A stretch of 44,784 nt of DNA, taken from positions 1-44,784 of IMG/VR virus record IMGVR_UViG_3300028400_000012. One strand, given 5' to 3'. This DNA comes from a virus. Taxonomy: Duplodnaviria; Caudoviricetes. Below the pieces are notes generated by a model. It was not told where the DNA came from and made no database searches. It saw nothing but the letters and a program-made list of their open reading frames with translations. How positions within the stretch are numbered: the first letter of the stretch is position 1; every line of letters starts with the position of its first letter. Position numbers and translations under genes: made by a program. Positions 27,321 through 35,891 of the stretch are shown one piece after another.

Positions 27321-27567
27321 ATTTCCTTATTAGCTTATAAGCCCAGTGTTTACTGATATCATACTTGTTTATAAAAATCTTTACTATTTTGGAGCGCGGA
27401 ACATTCAGTCTGGTCTGTTCTCTCCATACATTATAAAGCTCCGATCTTTTTGCCTCTCTCTTAGAAACGTATATCGTCATCCCATTATAGCGATTCAAAA
27501 TAGTCTTTAGGGTTTCTTTGTCGAGGTCGTCATCTAACATTAAATCTTCTATCTTTAGCCGCATCAA
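27301..27567 (-). CDS. Mor/C-family-like transcription activator
   Basis: YNGMTIYVSK and C-terminal HTH KYDISKHWAYKLIR. Confidence 0.7.
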   Translation of the reverse strand: MMRLKIEDLMLDDDLDKETLKTILNRYNGMTIYVSKREAKRSELYNVWREQTRLNVPRSKIVKIFINKYDISKHWAYKLIRKFEDGNT

Positions 27568-28745
27568 ATCCCCCTTAAGATCGTACTTTTTACATTCGTT
27601 GCACCGCTATCGCCTACCACCGCGTATCTAAGCGCATCCATCGCATGGTCGTCGATCTTTACAGGCTCTTCAATTGGTTTCCCGTCGCGCTCCTGCCAGA
27701 CATACCCTTGCAACTCGGCAATAATGTTTGTTGATCTTTCGGTAACATGCAAATTATAGCTCTGTACACTTGTAATTCCAAACTTAACACTTTTGTTTGC
27801 CTTGCTTACCCAAAAACCTGCCTGCGCAAATTCCTTTATTCTGTCCGGTTCTGCACTATCAAGATAACCTTTTACTCTCATAAGTTCTGGCGCGGTTGCT
27901 TTTATAGAGGTTATTAGCTCACTGTTTGTTAAGTGCGTCTGGTACAGAATTTCATCAATAAAAAGATCACGTTCGCCGACTTTCCTAATAAGTACCGTCG
28001 CCGATGGATTATTAAAACCAAAGTCCTGACCCCAGCGCTGCTCATTAAACTCTTTTGGCAGTTCTTTTACTATTTTGTATGCCGGGTAAATAAGGTTTTT
28101 TAGACTACCCCACTCACCTAGTGCATAGATTCGATATTTATCCGGGTTCGTCTCTTTTAGACTTTCCAAAATTCTTTTATAGGCTTCATCAATAAAGCGA
28201 TTATCCAAATATGTTGTTTTTAAAATAAAAGGTTTCGGATTGAGCTTATAGCCATTATCAAAGAAATATTTTTTAAGCCAGTGGTTTTCGTCAATCGGGT
28301 TAAAGCTTAATATAATTTCCTTTTTATACTTACTTTCCCCTCTAAGTCTTAAATCCAGTTGCTCAAAGTCGTTTTGTGTTGTTTCGCTTGCTTCCTCAAT
28401 CCAAATAGATTCTATCCCGGCGATTGATTTTAACTTTTCAACATCATCAAGCCCGAACAGGATTATTTCAGCCCCGTTTCTACAAGTTATCGACATATCG
28501 GACTTGTTTATTACAAATTCATCTTCAAGATTTTCATCCGCGATAACTTTTCTAAAGAGCTTAAAAACAGAGTGCCTTAACGTCCTTGCTACTTTCCTAG
28601 CAATAAGCCAGCTTTTACCCTGCAATACGTCAATAACGATCTTTTGAGTAATACTGTAAGACTTTCCGGAGCCGGCACCGCCGTAAATTACTTTATATCT
28701 TGACTCTTCAGTAAAAAGCGGTTTGAAGGCGCGATTTATAATCAT
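27564..28745 (-). CDS. terL: Terminase large subunit, PBSX family
   Basis: YGGAGSGKS, WIEEASE, GQDFGFNNPSA, DDHAMDALRY. Confidence 0.96.
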   Translation of the reverse strand: MIINRAFKPLFTEESRYKVIYGGAGSGKSYSITQKIVIDVLQGKSWLIARKVARTLRHSVFKLFRKVIADENLEDEFVINKSDMSITCRNGAEIILFGLDDVEKLKSIAGIESIWIEEASETTQNDFEQLDLRLRGESKYKKEIILSFNPIDENHWLKKYFFDNGYKLNPKPFILKTTYLDNRFIDEAYKRILESLKETNPDKYRIYALGEWGSLKNLIYPAYKIVKELPKEFNEQRWGQDFGFNNPSATVLIRKVGERDLFIDEILYQTHLTNSELITSIKATAPELMRVKGYLDSAEPDRIKEFAQAGFWVSKANKSVKFGITSVQSYNLHVTERSTNIIAELQGYVWQERDGKPIEEPVKIDDHAMDALRYAVVGDSGATNVKSTILRGI

Positions 28746-29230
28746 ACAAATTTCACCTCAACGGTTTTAATTTCCTGCTTATTCTCATTATTTACCAAAA
28801 TTTCCGGTTTTGGGTTTGCTATTCTCTCAATATCCAAAAGGGCACTGGTTGCAGATTTTACGTCTTTTGCTTCATATAGTTCGTTATTTTTTGCCTTCTT
28901 TGCCAAAACGCTTTGAATTTTCAGAGCCACTGCACGATTATTTCTAATAAGCTTTTCGTTCATTTCTGCAACGCTCAATTTTTCTTTTACCGCTCTTTCA
29001 ATAGCCTGTTTCTCTTGTTTACTTTTTGTTACCTCAATGTGTTTACTTAATGCTGCTGCCGCCTCGACAATATCGGCGTTCTCGCCAAATTTAAACCCGT
29101 GTTTCTTTTCAAGCTGATAATATGTTTTTCTGCTTATTTTGTGATACTTGCAAAGCCCGCTTATGTTCTCAAAGCGTCCGGCTTTTGCATCGGCTATAAT
29201 AAGATTTCTTTTTCGGGTACTAAGCGCCAT
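28742..29230 (-). CDS. terS: Terminase small subunit
   Basis: N-terminal HTH, directly upstream of terL with ATGA overlap. Confidence 0.75.
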   Translation of the reverse strand: MALSTRKRNLIIADAKAGRFENISGLCKYHKISRKTYYQLEKKHGFKFGENADIVEAAAALSKHIEVTKSKQEKQAIERAVKEKLSVAEMNEKLIRNNRAVALKIQSVLAKKAKNNELYEAKDVKSATSALLDIERIANPKPEILVNNENKQEIKTVEVKFV

Positions 29231-29252
29231 AAAAAAACCTTAAGCAATTAAG

Positions 29253-29261
29253 TGTTACGAT
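29253..29261 (+). promoter_or_regulatory. Extended -10 promoter of the tRNA-like RNA
   Basis: TGtTACGAT ending 7 nt before G1 of the cloverleaf. Confidence 0.6.
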
Positions 29262-29267
29262 TTTATC

Positions 29268-29342
29268 GCGTACATAGCTTAATGGCAAAGCACCGCTTGA
29301 CCAAAGCGGGGAAGGGAGTTCAATTCTCACCTGTACGCTCCA
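29268..29342 (+). tRNA. tRNA-Gly-like RNA (ACC, non-canonical)
   Basis: GCGTACA TA GCTT AATGGCA AAGC A CCGCT TGACCAA AGCGG GGAA GGGAG TTCAATT CTCACC TGTACGC T CCA; G33 and a bulged T-stem. Confidence 0.85.
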
Positions 29343-30021
29343 ATTTTTCCCCTTTATACATTTCAATACCTAATTTCCTTATCTCGCTAAAAGGAATAAT
29401 TTCACCAGTAAAGTTTTTCTCTGCATTTTTGTCTATAAAATATATATACTTGAACATATGCCCATCCAATTCCTGCCACCCTTTATATTTAAAATCAAGC
29501 CACTGCCTTATGTTGGAAAATCCATCTCTTCTCATTTCTGGGTTATTGTCAGCCCTAAGGCTTATATGATGAACCACTCTCCCATCCGGTAATTTTATAA
29601 GAGCCTTGTTCTTTTTTATTTGAATAAGCTTAAAATTTGACGCTTGATATATGGTACCATGTCCGCACTGCGTTCCATCGGCAAAAGACAAAATCCATTT
29701 TACATGTGGTGCATTTTTCTTTATCCATTTTATAGCCATTGAAATTGCCCTGCTTTCACTAAAACGAGGAAGCGCGTCAGCAAAAGCCATCCTGTTAAGC
29801 TCCAGCATTTCATTCCACCCGGTGCCTTTTACAAGTGGCAACATAGCCCGTTTGTTTGTAGGACTTCCAAACTGCATAGCCCCCAATAATATTCCTTTGT
29901 AAAAAACACCAAAATTTAAATTACTGTTCTGTACCACTTTGCCGCTGTAATGATATTTTTGTACTATTTTATCCGCTATCTTTTTTGAAATAGGCTTAAC
30001 TATTATTTCCTTTGCACTCAT
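29320..30021 (-). CDS. mom: Mom-family (GNAT-fold) adenine modification enzyme
   Basis: KYHYSGK, LLGAMQFG, LELNRMAF, SESRAIS, ILSFADGTQCGHGTIYQASNF. Confidence 0.88.
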   Translation of the reverse strand: MSAKEIIVKPISKKIADKIVQKYHYSGKVVQNSNLNFGVFYKGILLGAMQFGSPTNKRAMLPLVKGTGWNEMLELNRMAFADALPRFSESRAISMAIKWIKKNAPHVKWILSFADGTQCGHGTIYQASNFKLIQIKKNKALIKLPDGRVVHHISLRADNNPEMRRDGFSNIRQWLDFKYKGWQELDGHMFKYIYFIDKNAEKNFTGEIIPFSEIRKLGIEMYKGEKLERTGEN

Positions 30022-30629
30022 TTTTCCCCAACCCTATTAATAAAAAATTCGCATATATAATAAAGCGCGTTCCCATTACTATTGTCGTTTACGCCTTGCG
30101 GGTCTTGCAACGGGAAAGTTTTTGCCAGTGAGAGACTTTTGGTTACTATGTCATGCTGTTCAGATGAAACAGTAAAGGTCATATTTGTTATTGGTGTCTT
30201 ATCACCAGAGGGCAAATCCAGCTCGACATCTTCAATGTTCTCAATATCTAAAATCTCATCATCGTCAAAGCCTAAAACGCCAATGTCAAAATCTTCTGAC
30301 TTTAAGTCAATAATTACCTGATCGAGCAAATCTTTATCAAAAAAACTTTCATCCGCCACCCGGTTGTCTGCAATAGCAAAAGCCTTCAATTGTTCCGGTG
30401 TCAAGTCGTCTGCTCTAATACAGGGAATTTTGTCTATCATTAGGCTTCTGGCTGCTTCAAGCCTGCCATTTCCCGCGATAACGATATTGTTTTGATCTAT
30501 GATTATCGGATTTTTGAAGCCAAATGCTTCGATTGATTTGGCAATTTTTTCGATTGATTTTGTAGAGTGAATATTTACGTTTTCATCGTTTAGGTGAAGC
30601 TCTGATTGGTCTATATATTCTATTTGCAA
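30018..30629 (-). CDS. ParB/Srx N-terminal domain protein coupled to mom
   Basis: SIEAFGFKNPIIID..NIVIAGNGRLEAA...AFAIADNR; TTG start with GGAGG SD. Confidence 0.88.
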   Translation of the reverse strand: MQIEYIDQSELHLNDENVNIHSTKSIEKIAKSIEAFGFKNPIIIDQNNIVIAGNGRLEAARSLMIDKIPCIRADDLTPEQLKAFAIADNRVADESFFDKDLLDQVIIDLKSEDFDIGVLGFDDDEILDIENIEDVELDLPSGDKTPITNMTFTVSSEQHDIVTKSLSLAKTFPLQDPQGVNDNSNGNALYYICEFFINRVGEK

Positions 30630-30708
30630 AATAACCCTCCTTTTTATAGGTTATTTTGCCTTATTTTAAGTTATTTTTCAAGAGTGGTTAAATATCTTTA
30701 ATTTTTTT

Positions 30709-30933
30709 TCATTTTATTATTTTGTAGTCCAGTATCGTTTGAACAAAACTTGTTTTATAAAAATAAAACAAATTAAGCACCGGGACATAGAATATTATAG
30801 CAACAACTGCAATTTCAAACAAATTTCTTACAGTAAGCCCGTCCAGAAATATGCCTTTGCGATTTGCATCAATAAGCAAATCAATAATATTGTATGTACT
30901 TATAGCCAATGAAATATAAATCAATAATTGCAT
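30709..30933 (-). CDS. Small membrane protein
   Basis: Two hydrophobic segments, PVLNL. Confidence 0.65.
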   Translation of the reverse strand: MQLLIYISLAISTYNIIDLLIDANRKGIFLDGLTVRNLFEIAVVAIIFYVPVLNLFYFYKTSFVQTILDYKIIK

Positions 30934-31319
30934 TTTTTCTCCTTTTTATACTCTTTATATAGCTTTATTATTCGTCTATACTTTTCAAACTTCGTTTTGC
31001 CTAACAAGCTTTTGCCCGTAAAGGCAAGTGCGTCCACCGTCGCTGCAAAGCTATTAGGGTGCTTATATTCGCCATTTTTAACTAAGAATTTGCCAAAGTC
31101 TATTCGGCTTCTATTTTTTGTAAGTTCATTTGATATTTCCAGAAGCCGATCTCTTAATTTTAGTTGCTCATACATATAATTCTCATGTGCAACAAGCGGG
31201 CTGTCACCAAACTTTTTGAAAAACTCGTAACTATCTTTATTGCACTTCATAACTGAAAAATAACTTTGATTTCTTTCTATCTTTCGCGCTGCCGCTGCAA
31301 AGTTGTATTTCTTATTCAA
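30921..31319 (-). CDS. Hypothetical protein, possible N-terminal HTH
   Basis: FAAAARKIERNQSYFSVMK. Confidence 0.6.
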   Translation of the reverse strand: MNKKYNFAAAARKIERNQSYFSVMKCNKDSYEFFKKFGDSPLVAHENYMYEQLKLRDRLLEISNELTKNRSRIDFGKFLVKNGEYKHPNSFAATVDALAFTGKSLLGKTKFEKYRRIIKLYKEYKKEKKCNY

Positions 31320-31680
31320 GATGCACCCCCCTCATGCTTTTTTCTTTTAGCCGTCTTAAGTAGTGCATTCTTTTGTTTTTCTCTCTTTCGACACTGGTGC
31401 CGTTATGCCTCAAACCTCTATTTATCCAAAAGGTTTTTAAAAAGTTTCCAAAATAGAAACTATCTCCCAGCCACTCGTTAAGGGTGTCAACATCTTCAAC
31501 CCATTCAGGAAACGCGTACCAACTCATAGCCTCCTTATTAGGTCGATACTCCCACCCCTTAATTAGGATTTTTCGTTCATCGCCACAAACCCCCAGCCAC
31601 ATAACAAGATCATCAAATGTTCTAACATAATCGGGGATAGCGTAAAAGCTATTTTTGCCCCCGTTATTTTGCCCGGTCAT
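31312..31680 (-). CDS. DUF3310-like protein
   Basis: GG.NSFY..P, FYFGNFLK...RHNGT...EKNK..HYLRR; internal duplication. Confidence 0.55.
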   Translation of the reverse strand: MTGQNNGGKNSFYAIPDYVRTFDDLVMWLGVCGDERKILIKGWEYRPNKEAMSWYAFPEWVEDVDTLNEWLGDSFYFGNFLKTFWINRGLRHNGTSVEREKNKRMHYLRRLKEKSMRGVHLE

Positions 31681-32000
31681 TTTGCCGCTCCTATTTTTTC
31701 AAAAAAACTCCTATGTATCAAAAGAGCTTCATATGCGTCTTTAGAAATTTTACCGGCTTTTGCCATTTTTCTGGCATCTTCTATCTTCCCGCCCGCCTTG
31801 ATATACTTGTAAGCCTCATTCTCTGCCAGAAGTGCTTTGTCAGCACCTAAATTTGTCATGTGCTTAGCAAACTCTATCCAAAAAGCCGCACATTCGTTAT
31901 CAATTGGAGCAAAGCTATATTCCTTTGCAATGTTAAAGTATTTTGCTCTTATATCCTCTGCCCATATGATCTGCTTTTGTGTTCCAAGCAACTTTTTCAT
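31677..32000 (-). CDS. Conserved phage protein (L.GT.KQI.WAEDIR...A.FWI type), cassette-driven
   Basis: Recurrent phage motif; strong SD. Confidence 0.75.
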   Translation of the reverse strand: MKKLLGTQKQIIWAEDIRAKYFNIAKEYSFAPIDNECAAFWIEFAKHMTNLGADKALLAENEAYKYIKAGGKIEDARKMAKAGKISKDAYEALLIHRSFFEKIGAAK

Positions 32001-32006
32001 ATTAAA

Positions 32007-32058
32007 CCTCCTAAAGTTTTTATAAGTATATTATAACAAATAAGTTATAAAATGTCAA
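32007..32058 (-). promoter_or_regulatory. Sigma70 promoter/operator cassette 5
   Basis: TTGACA(32058-32053)-17bp-TATAAT(32035-32030); TTATAAC-N6-GTTATAA; AACTTTAGGAGG. Confidence 0.9.
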
Positions 32059-32246
32059 GAGGCTTTATAGAGAAATTTCATAAGAGATACAATAAAAACA
32101 ATTCCAAAAACTGCTTTCCAGCTATATTGAAGATCAAAGCCCCAACATATGCCATACCAAAAAGCTGCAATTACTGAAAGATATAAAACTATTCCAGTTA
32201 CAGTGCCTAATATAAAGTATATTTTTTTCTTTGTTGACTTTTTCAT
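32055..32246 (-). CDS. Small membrane protein
   Basis: Two TM segments; GAGGTG SD. Confidence 0.7.
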   Translation of the reverse strand: MKKSTKKKIYFILGTVTGIVLYLSVIAAFWYGICWGFDLQYSWKAVFGIVFIVSLMKFLYKAS

Positions 32247-32437
32247 TTTACACCTCTATACTTTTCTTTATTGGCGATTTCTATATTTATTCTATAAATA
32301 GAATACTTTTTGCTTCCAGTTACAGACGTTGTAATCGGTGCTTCTTTTCCCAACCTTCTTAATGCCGCTTGTAAATCTTCTTCATTCTTGTACCTTACAA
32401 TATATTCTATTCTTTGTTCAACTATTATTTTTTTCAC
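32243..32437 (-). CDS. Hypothetical protein
   Basis: Coupled ORF. Confidence 0.6.
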   Translation of the reverse strand: MKKIIVEQRIEYIVRYKNEEDLQAALRRLGKEAPITTSVTGSKKYSIYRINIEIANKEKYRGVK

Positions 32438-32982
32438 TTAAAACCCCGCGTTATTTCTGTTTTTCTTTTGAAGATTTGTGCAATTCGCTTATAGTAGTCA
32501 ATGTCAAACTTGACAATTTCATTATTTGCTTCTAATTCCTCGACTTTCTCTAGTCCGTACTTTTTTATAAGTCCTATCCGGTACTCTGTCAAGTTCCCTG
32601 ATTTTACATTATTGCACTGTGCGCATTGCTTATTTACGTTATAAGTATTAAATCTTAAGCCCTCGTTTCTGCCAGCAGGACGATAATGCCCAGCATGAAA
32701 CTGACCATATGTTACACCGCATGAAATACAAGGCAAATATTTATCACGCTCCCGGATATACGCATTAAAAGCCGCTATCGCTTTCTTTTTCCAAAAGCTT
32801 CTATCCTGTTCTTTGAATCTTTGTTTTTCTTTTCGCTTTTTTGAAGCTTCTTTTTTTCGTTGCTTCTCGACTTCTTTCATAGCTTTTTTTTCAAGACATT
32901 CTAAAGCCCCACATGTTCGATGTATTGGTCTATACTGTGCTTCATATTTTCTTTTACAAATTTGGCAAACAAACTTTTTCAT
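32434..32982 (-). CDS. ninG: NinG/Rap-family recombination endonuclease
   Basis: AFNAYIRERD..LPCISCG, HAGHY, LRFN..NVNKQCAQCN..KSGNL.EYR.GLI. Confidence 0.92.
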   Translation of the reverse strand: MKKFVCQICKRKYEAQYRPIHRTCGALECLEKKAMKEVEKQRKKEASKKRKEKQRFKEQDRSFWKKKAIAAFNAYIRERDKYLPCISCGVTYGQFHAGHYRPAGRNEGLRFNTYNVNKQCAQCNNVKSGNLTEYRIGLIKKYGLEKVEELEANNEIVKFDIDYYKRIAQIFKRKTEITRGFK

Positions 32983-33176
32983 TTTCTCTCCGGCGGGTAA
33001 GCTTTAGTCCATGCGTCATCATGCCTAATAAAAATTTTTTCAAAGTTCCTATAAGTGCTATATTCTTTGTTTTTAAAGGTTATGCGACATTCATTCTCTT
33101 CTATATTGCTAAAAACCTCAATTACTTTGCTTAAATATGCAATACTCCCATTTTTATATTCTATTCTTACTTTCAT
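32979..33176 (-). CDS. Hypothetical protein
   Basis: Coupled ORF with AGGAGG SD. Confidence 0.65.
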   Translation of the reverse strand: MKVRIEYKNGSIAYLSKVIEVFSNIEENECRITFKNKEYSTYRNFEKIFIRHDDAWTKAYPPERK

Positions 33177-33388
33177 TTGGATTTTTCCTCCTGTAAAGAT
33201 TTTGCCTTAATCAACCCACCGCTTTTTTCAAGCTTTTCTAAAAGGTCTGCTATCTCTCTTAAGTCGTCCGGCGTCATAAGCCCGACCGTTTTAACTACAA
33301 AACTTTCCTCATCTGCCATTTCAATATCTGCAATTTTAATATTATATTCATCCAATACCTCAATATTGGTTATATATATTTTTATCAT
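33173..33388 (-). CDS. Hypothetical protein
   Basis: Coupled ORF; TPDDLREIADLLE. Confidence 0.65.
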   Translation of the reverse strand: MIKIYITNIEVLDEYNIKIADIEMADEESFVVKTVGLMTPDDLREIADLLEKLEKSGGLIKAKSLQEEKSK

Positions 33389-33594
33389 AGCTCGACTTCT
33401 TTTTTTATCATATCTTTTGTTGCTCTACCAGTCAAGGCGTATTTTATAGCCCCGGCAATAGTAAAACTTACCTCTACAAGACTGCAACGATATGTTAAAA
33501 GCCCTAAATCTGCACCTTCGCCACATGCACTATGTTTGCTGTTAAAGTATTTCGTTTCCTTCAAAAAAGGAAATACACATTTGCAAAATTTCAT
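33385..33594 (-). CDS. Hypothetical protein preceded by a G8 tract
   Basis: G8 (33598-33605) as SD. Confidence 0.55.
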   Translation of the reverse strand: MKFCKCVFPFLKETKYFNSKHSACGEGADLGLLTYRCSLVEVSFTIAGAIKYALTGRATKDMIKKEVEL

Positions 33595-33618
33595 ATACCC
33601 CCCCCTTTTTTTATATTG

Positions 33619-33717
33619 CTAGTTATCTTTTCTTCTTTCAAAAATTTCTCCCAAAAAACCGAATATTAACAAAACCACTGTAACCGGAAACAATAGAATA
33701 GCTAAAACATATTGCAT
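33619..33717 (-). CDS. 32-aa TM peptide MQYVLAILLFPVTVVLLIFGFLGEIFERRKDN
   Basis: AGGGG SD; upstream TGtTATAAT (about 33750-33758). Confidence 0.6.
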   Translation of the reverse strand: MQYVLAILLFPVTVVLLIFGFLGEIFERRKDN

Positions 33718-33785
33718 GTTATTCCCCTAAAATTAAGTTATTTAAATTCTAATAGAGAAATTATAACATATTTAGGGGTATTTTA

Positions 33786-34508
33786 CTATTTGTTTTTTAC
33801 AAACTCTTCCAAAAGGTATTTATACTCTTCTGGTATCGCATCAAAAACCTTTTTACTTAATTCTCTTATCTCCCAAAGTGCTGATTTGTCGCTCCTAAGA
33901 CTAAGAAAATTTTGAAGACTCCTAAGATTTATAGTCCATGTAAATTCTGTTTTGAACGCTTCAGGTAAACAATATTTTGCATAATCAACCGGAACGCCGC
34001 TTTTAAGTATTTTTTTTAGTGCTATCAACATATTGATATTGTATCTATCAGCCATTTCAAACCCGGTAAAAACAAGATAGTCTTTAAAATTATCGCTATA
34101 CTCAAAAACAGGCAAAAAGCGCACATTGAAATTTTCGTCTTTTAACCTTTTGAGTGTATATCGTGTTGACTTTACACTCAAGCTAGCTATCCGGTGCCGT
34201 GCCAGCTCTTGAAGCAATGCCCTTGAAACGCCCTTGATATAGAAAGTAAATACTATATGCTCTAAAGTGGAGCCGTGCTTAAATTTGTTTCCTACGCGCT
34301 CAATCAAATTATGATCTTTATCGCCCAATTGTATATCAGAAATTTCGCATCCAATACAAGCCGGGTCTTTTGTTCTATTTTTGTATCTAATACACCCAAT
34401 TTGCCCACACTCATTCTTTTTGTCGCTTTTATCGTGTGAATCCCAGCAGGTTCTAATAGCCTTTTCGCATACCTCCAAAGGGGTATAGTTCATTAAAATT
34501 ACTTCCAT
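33786..34508 (-). CDS. thyX: FAD-dependent thymidylate synthase
   Basis: HGSTLEH, SRALLQELARHRIASLSVKSTRY, NLRSLQNFLSLR..ALWEIR. Confidence 0.96.
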   Translation of the reverse strand: MEVILMNYTPLEVCEKAIRTCWDSHDKSDKKNECGQIGCIRYKNRTKDPACIGCEISDIQLGDKDHNLIERVGNKFKHGSTLEHIVFTFYIKGVSRALLQELARHRIASLSVKSTRYTLKRLKDENFNVRFLPVFEYSDNFKDYLVFTGFEMADRYNINMLIALKKILKSGVPVDYAKYCLPEAFKTEFTWTINLRSLQNFLSLRSDKSALWEIRELSKKVFDAIPEEYKYLLEEFVKNK

Positions 34509-34509
34509 T

Positions 34510-34716
34510 TTATTTTCCTCTCTTGAAACCAAAATAATCTTCGTATGTTATTTGATAATTACATACATATTTTTTAAGGCTCTCGTCCCATTCAGCTTCA
34601 AATCTTGTAAAGCTTAAAGCCTTAACTCCCTTTGGATATACAAGCCTCAAGCAGTCGTTTTTTAGCGGGCACTGTCGATCAGTGCAAAATGTATAATCAT
34701 TCGGTATCGTCTGCAT
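34510..34716 (-). CDS. Cys-rich conserved phage protein
   Basis: DYTFC....CPLKNDCLR; start MQTI with GGAG SD. Confidence 0.7.
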   Translation of the reverse strand: MQTIPNDYTFCTDRQCPLKNDCLRLVYPKGVKALSFTRFEAEWDESLKKYVCNYQITYEDYFGFKRGK

Positions 34717-35059
34717 CGTCGCTCCAATTATCCGGCAAAAGCAATTCCCCTTCACGCTGTGCGCTCAAAGGGGTTTTTTTGTCAAGCCCTCGCTCAATAT
34801 ACTGGTTAAACTTTTTTCGATCAAGTACTCTTCTATATTTGCCATTGCCGATATAAACCCAATCACTATCATTATCAACTACCCATTCACCTAAAAATTT
34901 ACCATATTTATTTGGTGTAACAATACCACCCAGAAAATCATCCGGGTGTATCCTTCTACTTTCCGCTACTGCCTCCGCGCCTGAAATACAAGCGTAAATT
35001 GGTGCCGCCAAAACGTCACCGACTTTATTTACTTTATCTACAAAGTCCCAAAATCCCAT
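34697..35059 (-). CDS. Hypothetical protein
   Basis: 120-aa ORF with AGGGGG SD. Confidence 0.7.
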   Translation of the reverse strand: MGFWDFVDKVNKVGDVLAAPIYACISGAEAVAESRRIHPDDFLGGIVTPNKYGKFLGEWVVDNDSDWVYIGNGKYRRVLDRKKFNQYIERGLDKKTPLSAQREGELLLPDNWSDDADDTE

Positions 35060-35061
35060 TG

Positions 35062-35379
35062 CTACCCCCTGCTTAAATGTTCGTATAAGTCACCGGGATT
35101 ATTTTCCCCCATCCTAATAATACTCTCCTTGATATCATCATCGGACAAATAACCGTCAAGATATTCGACTAGTCGCGATTTTTCGCTAAATTCAAGCCCG
35201 GTCAAGCCACTTAAAACAGACGTTAAAGATGGGTTTCCCATAACAATTCCGATAAGTGCACTTCTTCGCGCTGCCCAACTCAACTTCCCACTGACGATGT
35301 CTATCTCTTTTAGTTTATCCTTTATACCGCACGCCTCTAACAAATTGTTTTTTGAGTGGTCATATTTTACTTTTTCCAT
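35062..35379 (-). CDS. Hypothetical protein
   Basis: AAAACTTTAGGAG leader without the promoter part. Confidence 0.75.
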   Translation of the reverse strand: MEKVKYDHSKNNLLEACGIKDKLKEIDIVSGKLSWAARRSALIGIVMGNPSLTSVLSGLTGLEFSEKSRLVEYLDGYLSDDDIKESIIRMGENNPGDLYEHLSRG

Positions 35380-35406
35380 TTTTCTATCTCCTAAAGTTTT
35401 TTGTTT

Positions 35407-35607
35407 TTATATTTTTAAAAAGCGATCTTCCAGCTCTTTTTTGGTTGCATCGCTTACCGCTTGTTCATATAAAAGCCCCTTCTTTGCTAGCAGAATAAGT
35501 TGCTTCAGGTGTTCTCTTTTTTTCCAGTCATAATATTTTTTGTTTCCAGAAGGGGTGCCACCCAGCCCAATAGCATTTTTCAACATTGTATCATTAATAA
35601 TTTTCAT
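35407..35607 (-). CDS. Hypothetical protein
   Basis: AGGAG SD. Confidence 0.65.
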   Translation of the reverse strand: MKIINDTMLKNAIGLGGTPSGNKKYYDWKKREHLKQLILLAKKGLLYEQAVSDATKKELEDRFLKI

Positions 35608-35612
35608 TCTTT

Positions 35613-35891
35613 TTACTCCTTTATAAAATATTTGTGCGCAAAAAAGACATTGCCAACGCCATATTCATTTTTATACAGCTCGCCTTTTTTGCCTTCAATA
35701 TAACATGGTACTGTCTTTTTGAGCACCTCTATATCTCGCTTATTATAGCCAGTATCGAAGCATTTTAGCTCCTCCTCTATCTCGTGCCAATCAACACTTG
35801 CCGGAATAATTTTAACCGGGTCATTGATCTTCCCCTCTTTGTAAAGCTCGTTTGCATAGCTGCTCCTTAAGTCCTTAAGACATATCTCCAC
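35613..35891 (-). CDS. Hypothetical protein, paralog of 35875..36207
   Basis: GTG start at 35891 aligns it with the upstream paralog. Confidence 0.75.
   Translation of the reverse strand: MEICLKDLRSSYANELYKEGKINDPVKIIPASVDWHEIEEELKCFDTGYNKRDIEVLKKTVPCYIEGKKGELYKNEYGVGNVFFAHKYFIKE

Noticed and set aside
29268-29342. Ordinary decoding tRNA-Gly or an attP remnant
   Set aside because: G33, the ACC anticodon and the T-stem bulge are non-canonical; it is full length with its own promoter, and no integrase is present.
29252-29569. 105-aa plus-strand ORF
   Set aside because: It is antisense to mom and overlaps the tRNA-like RNA and its promoter; no SD.
30018-30629. ParABS partition system
   Set aside because: No ParA, no ParB HTH domain or parS seen; the context is DNA modification and terminase.
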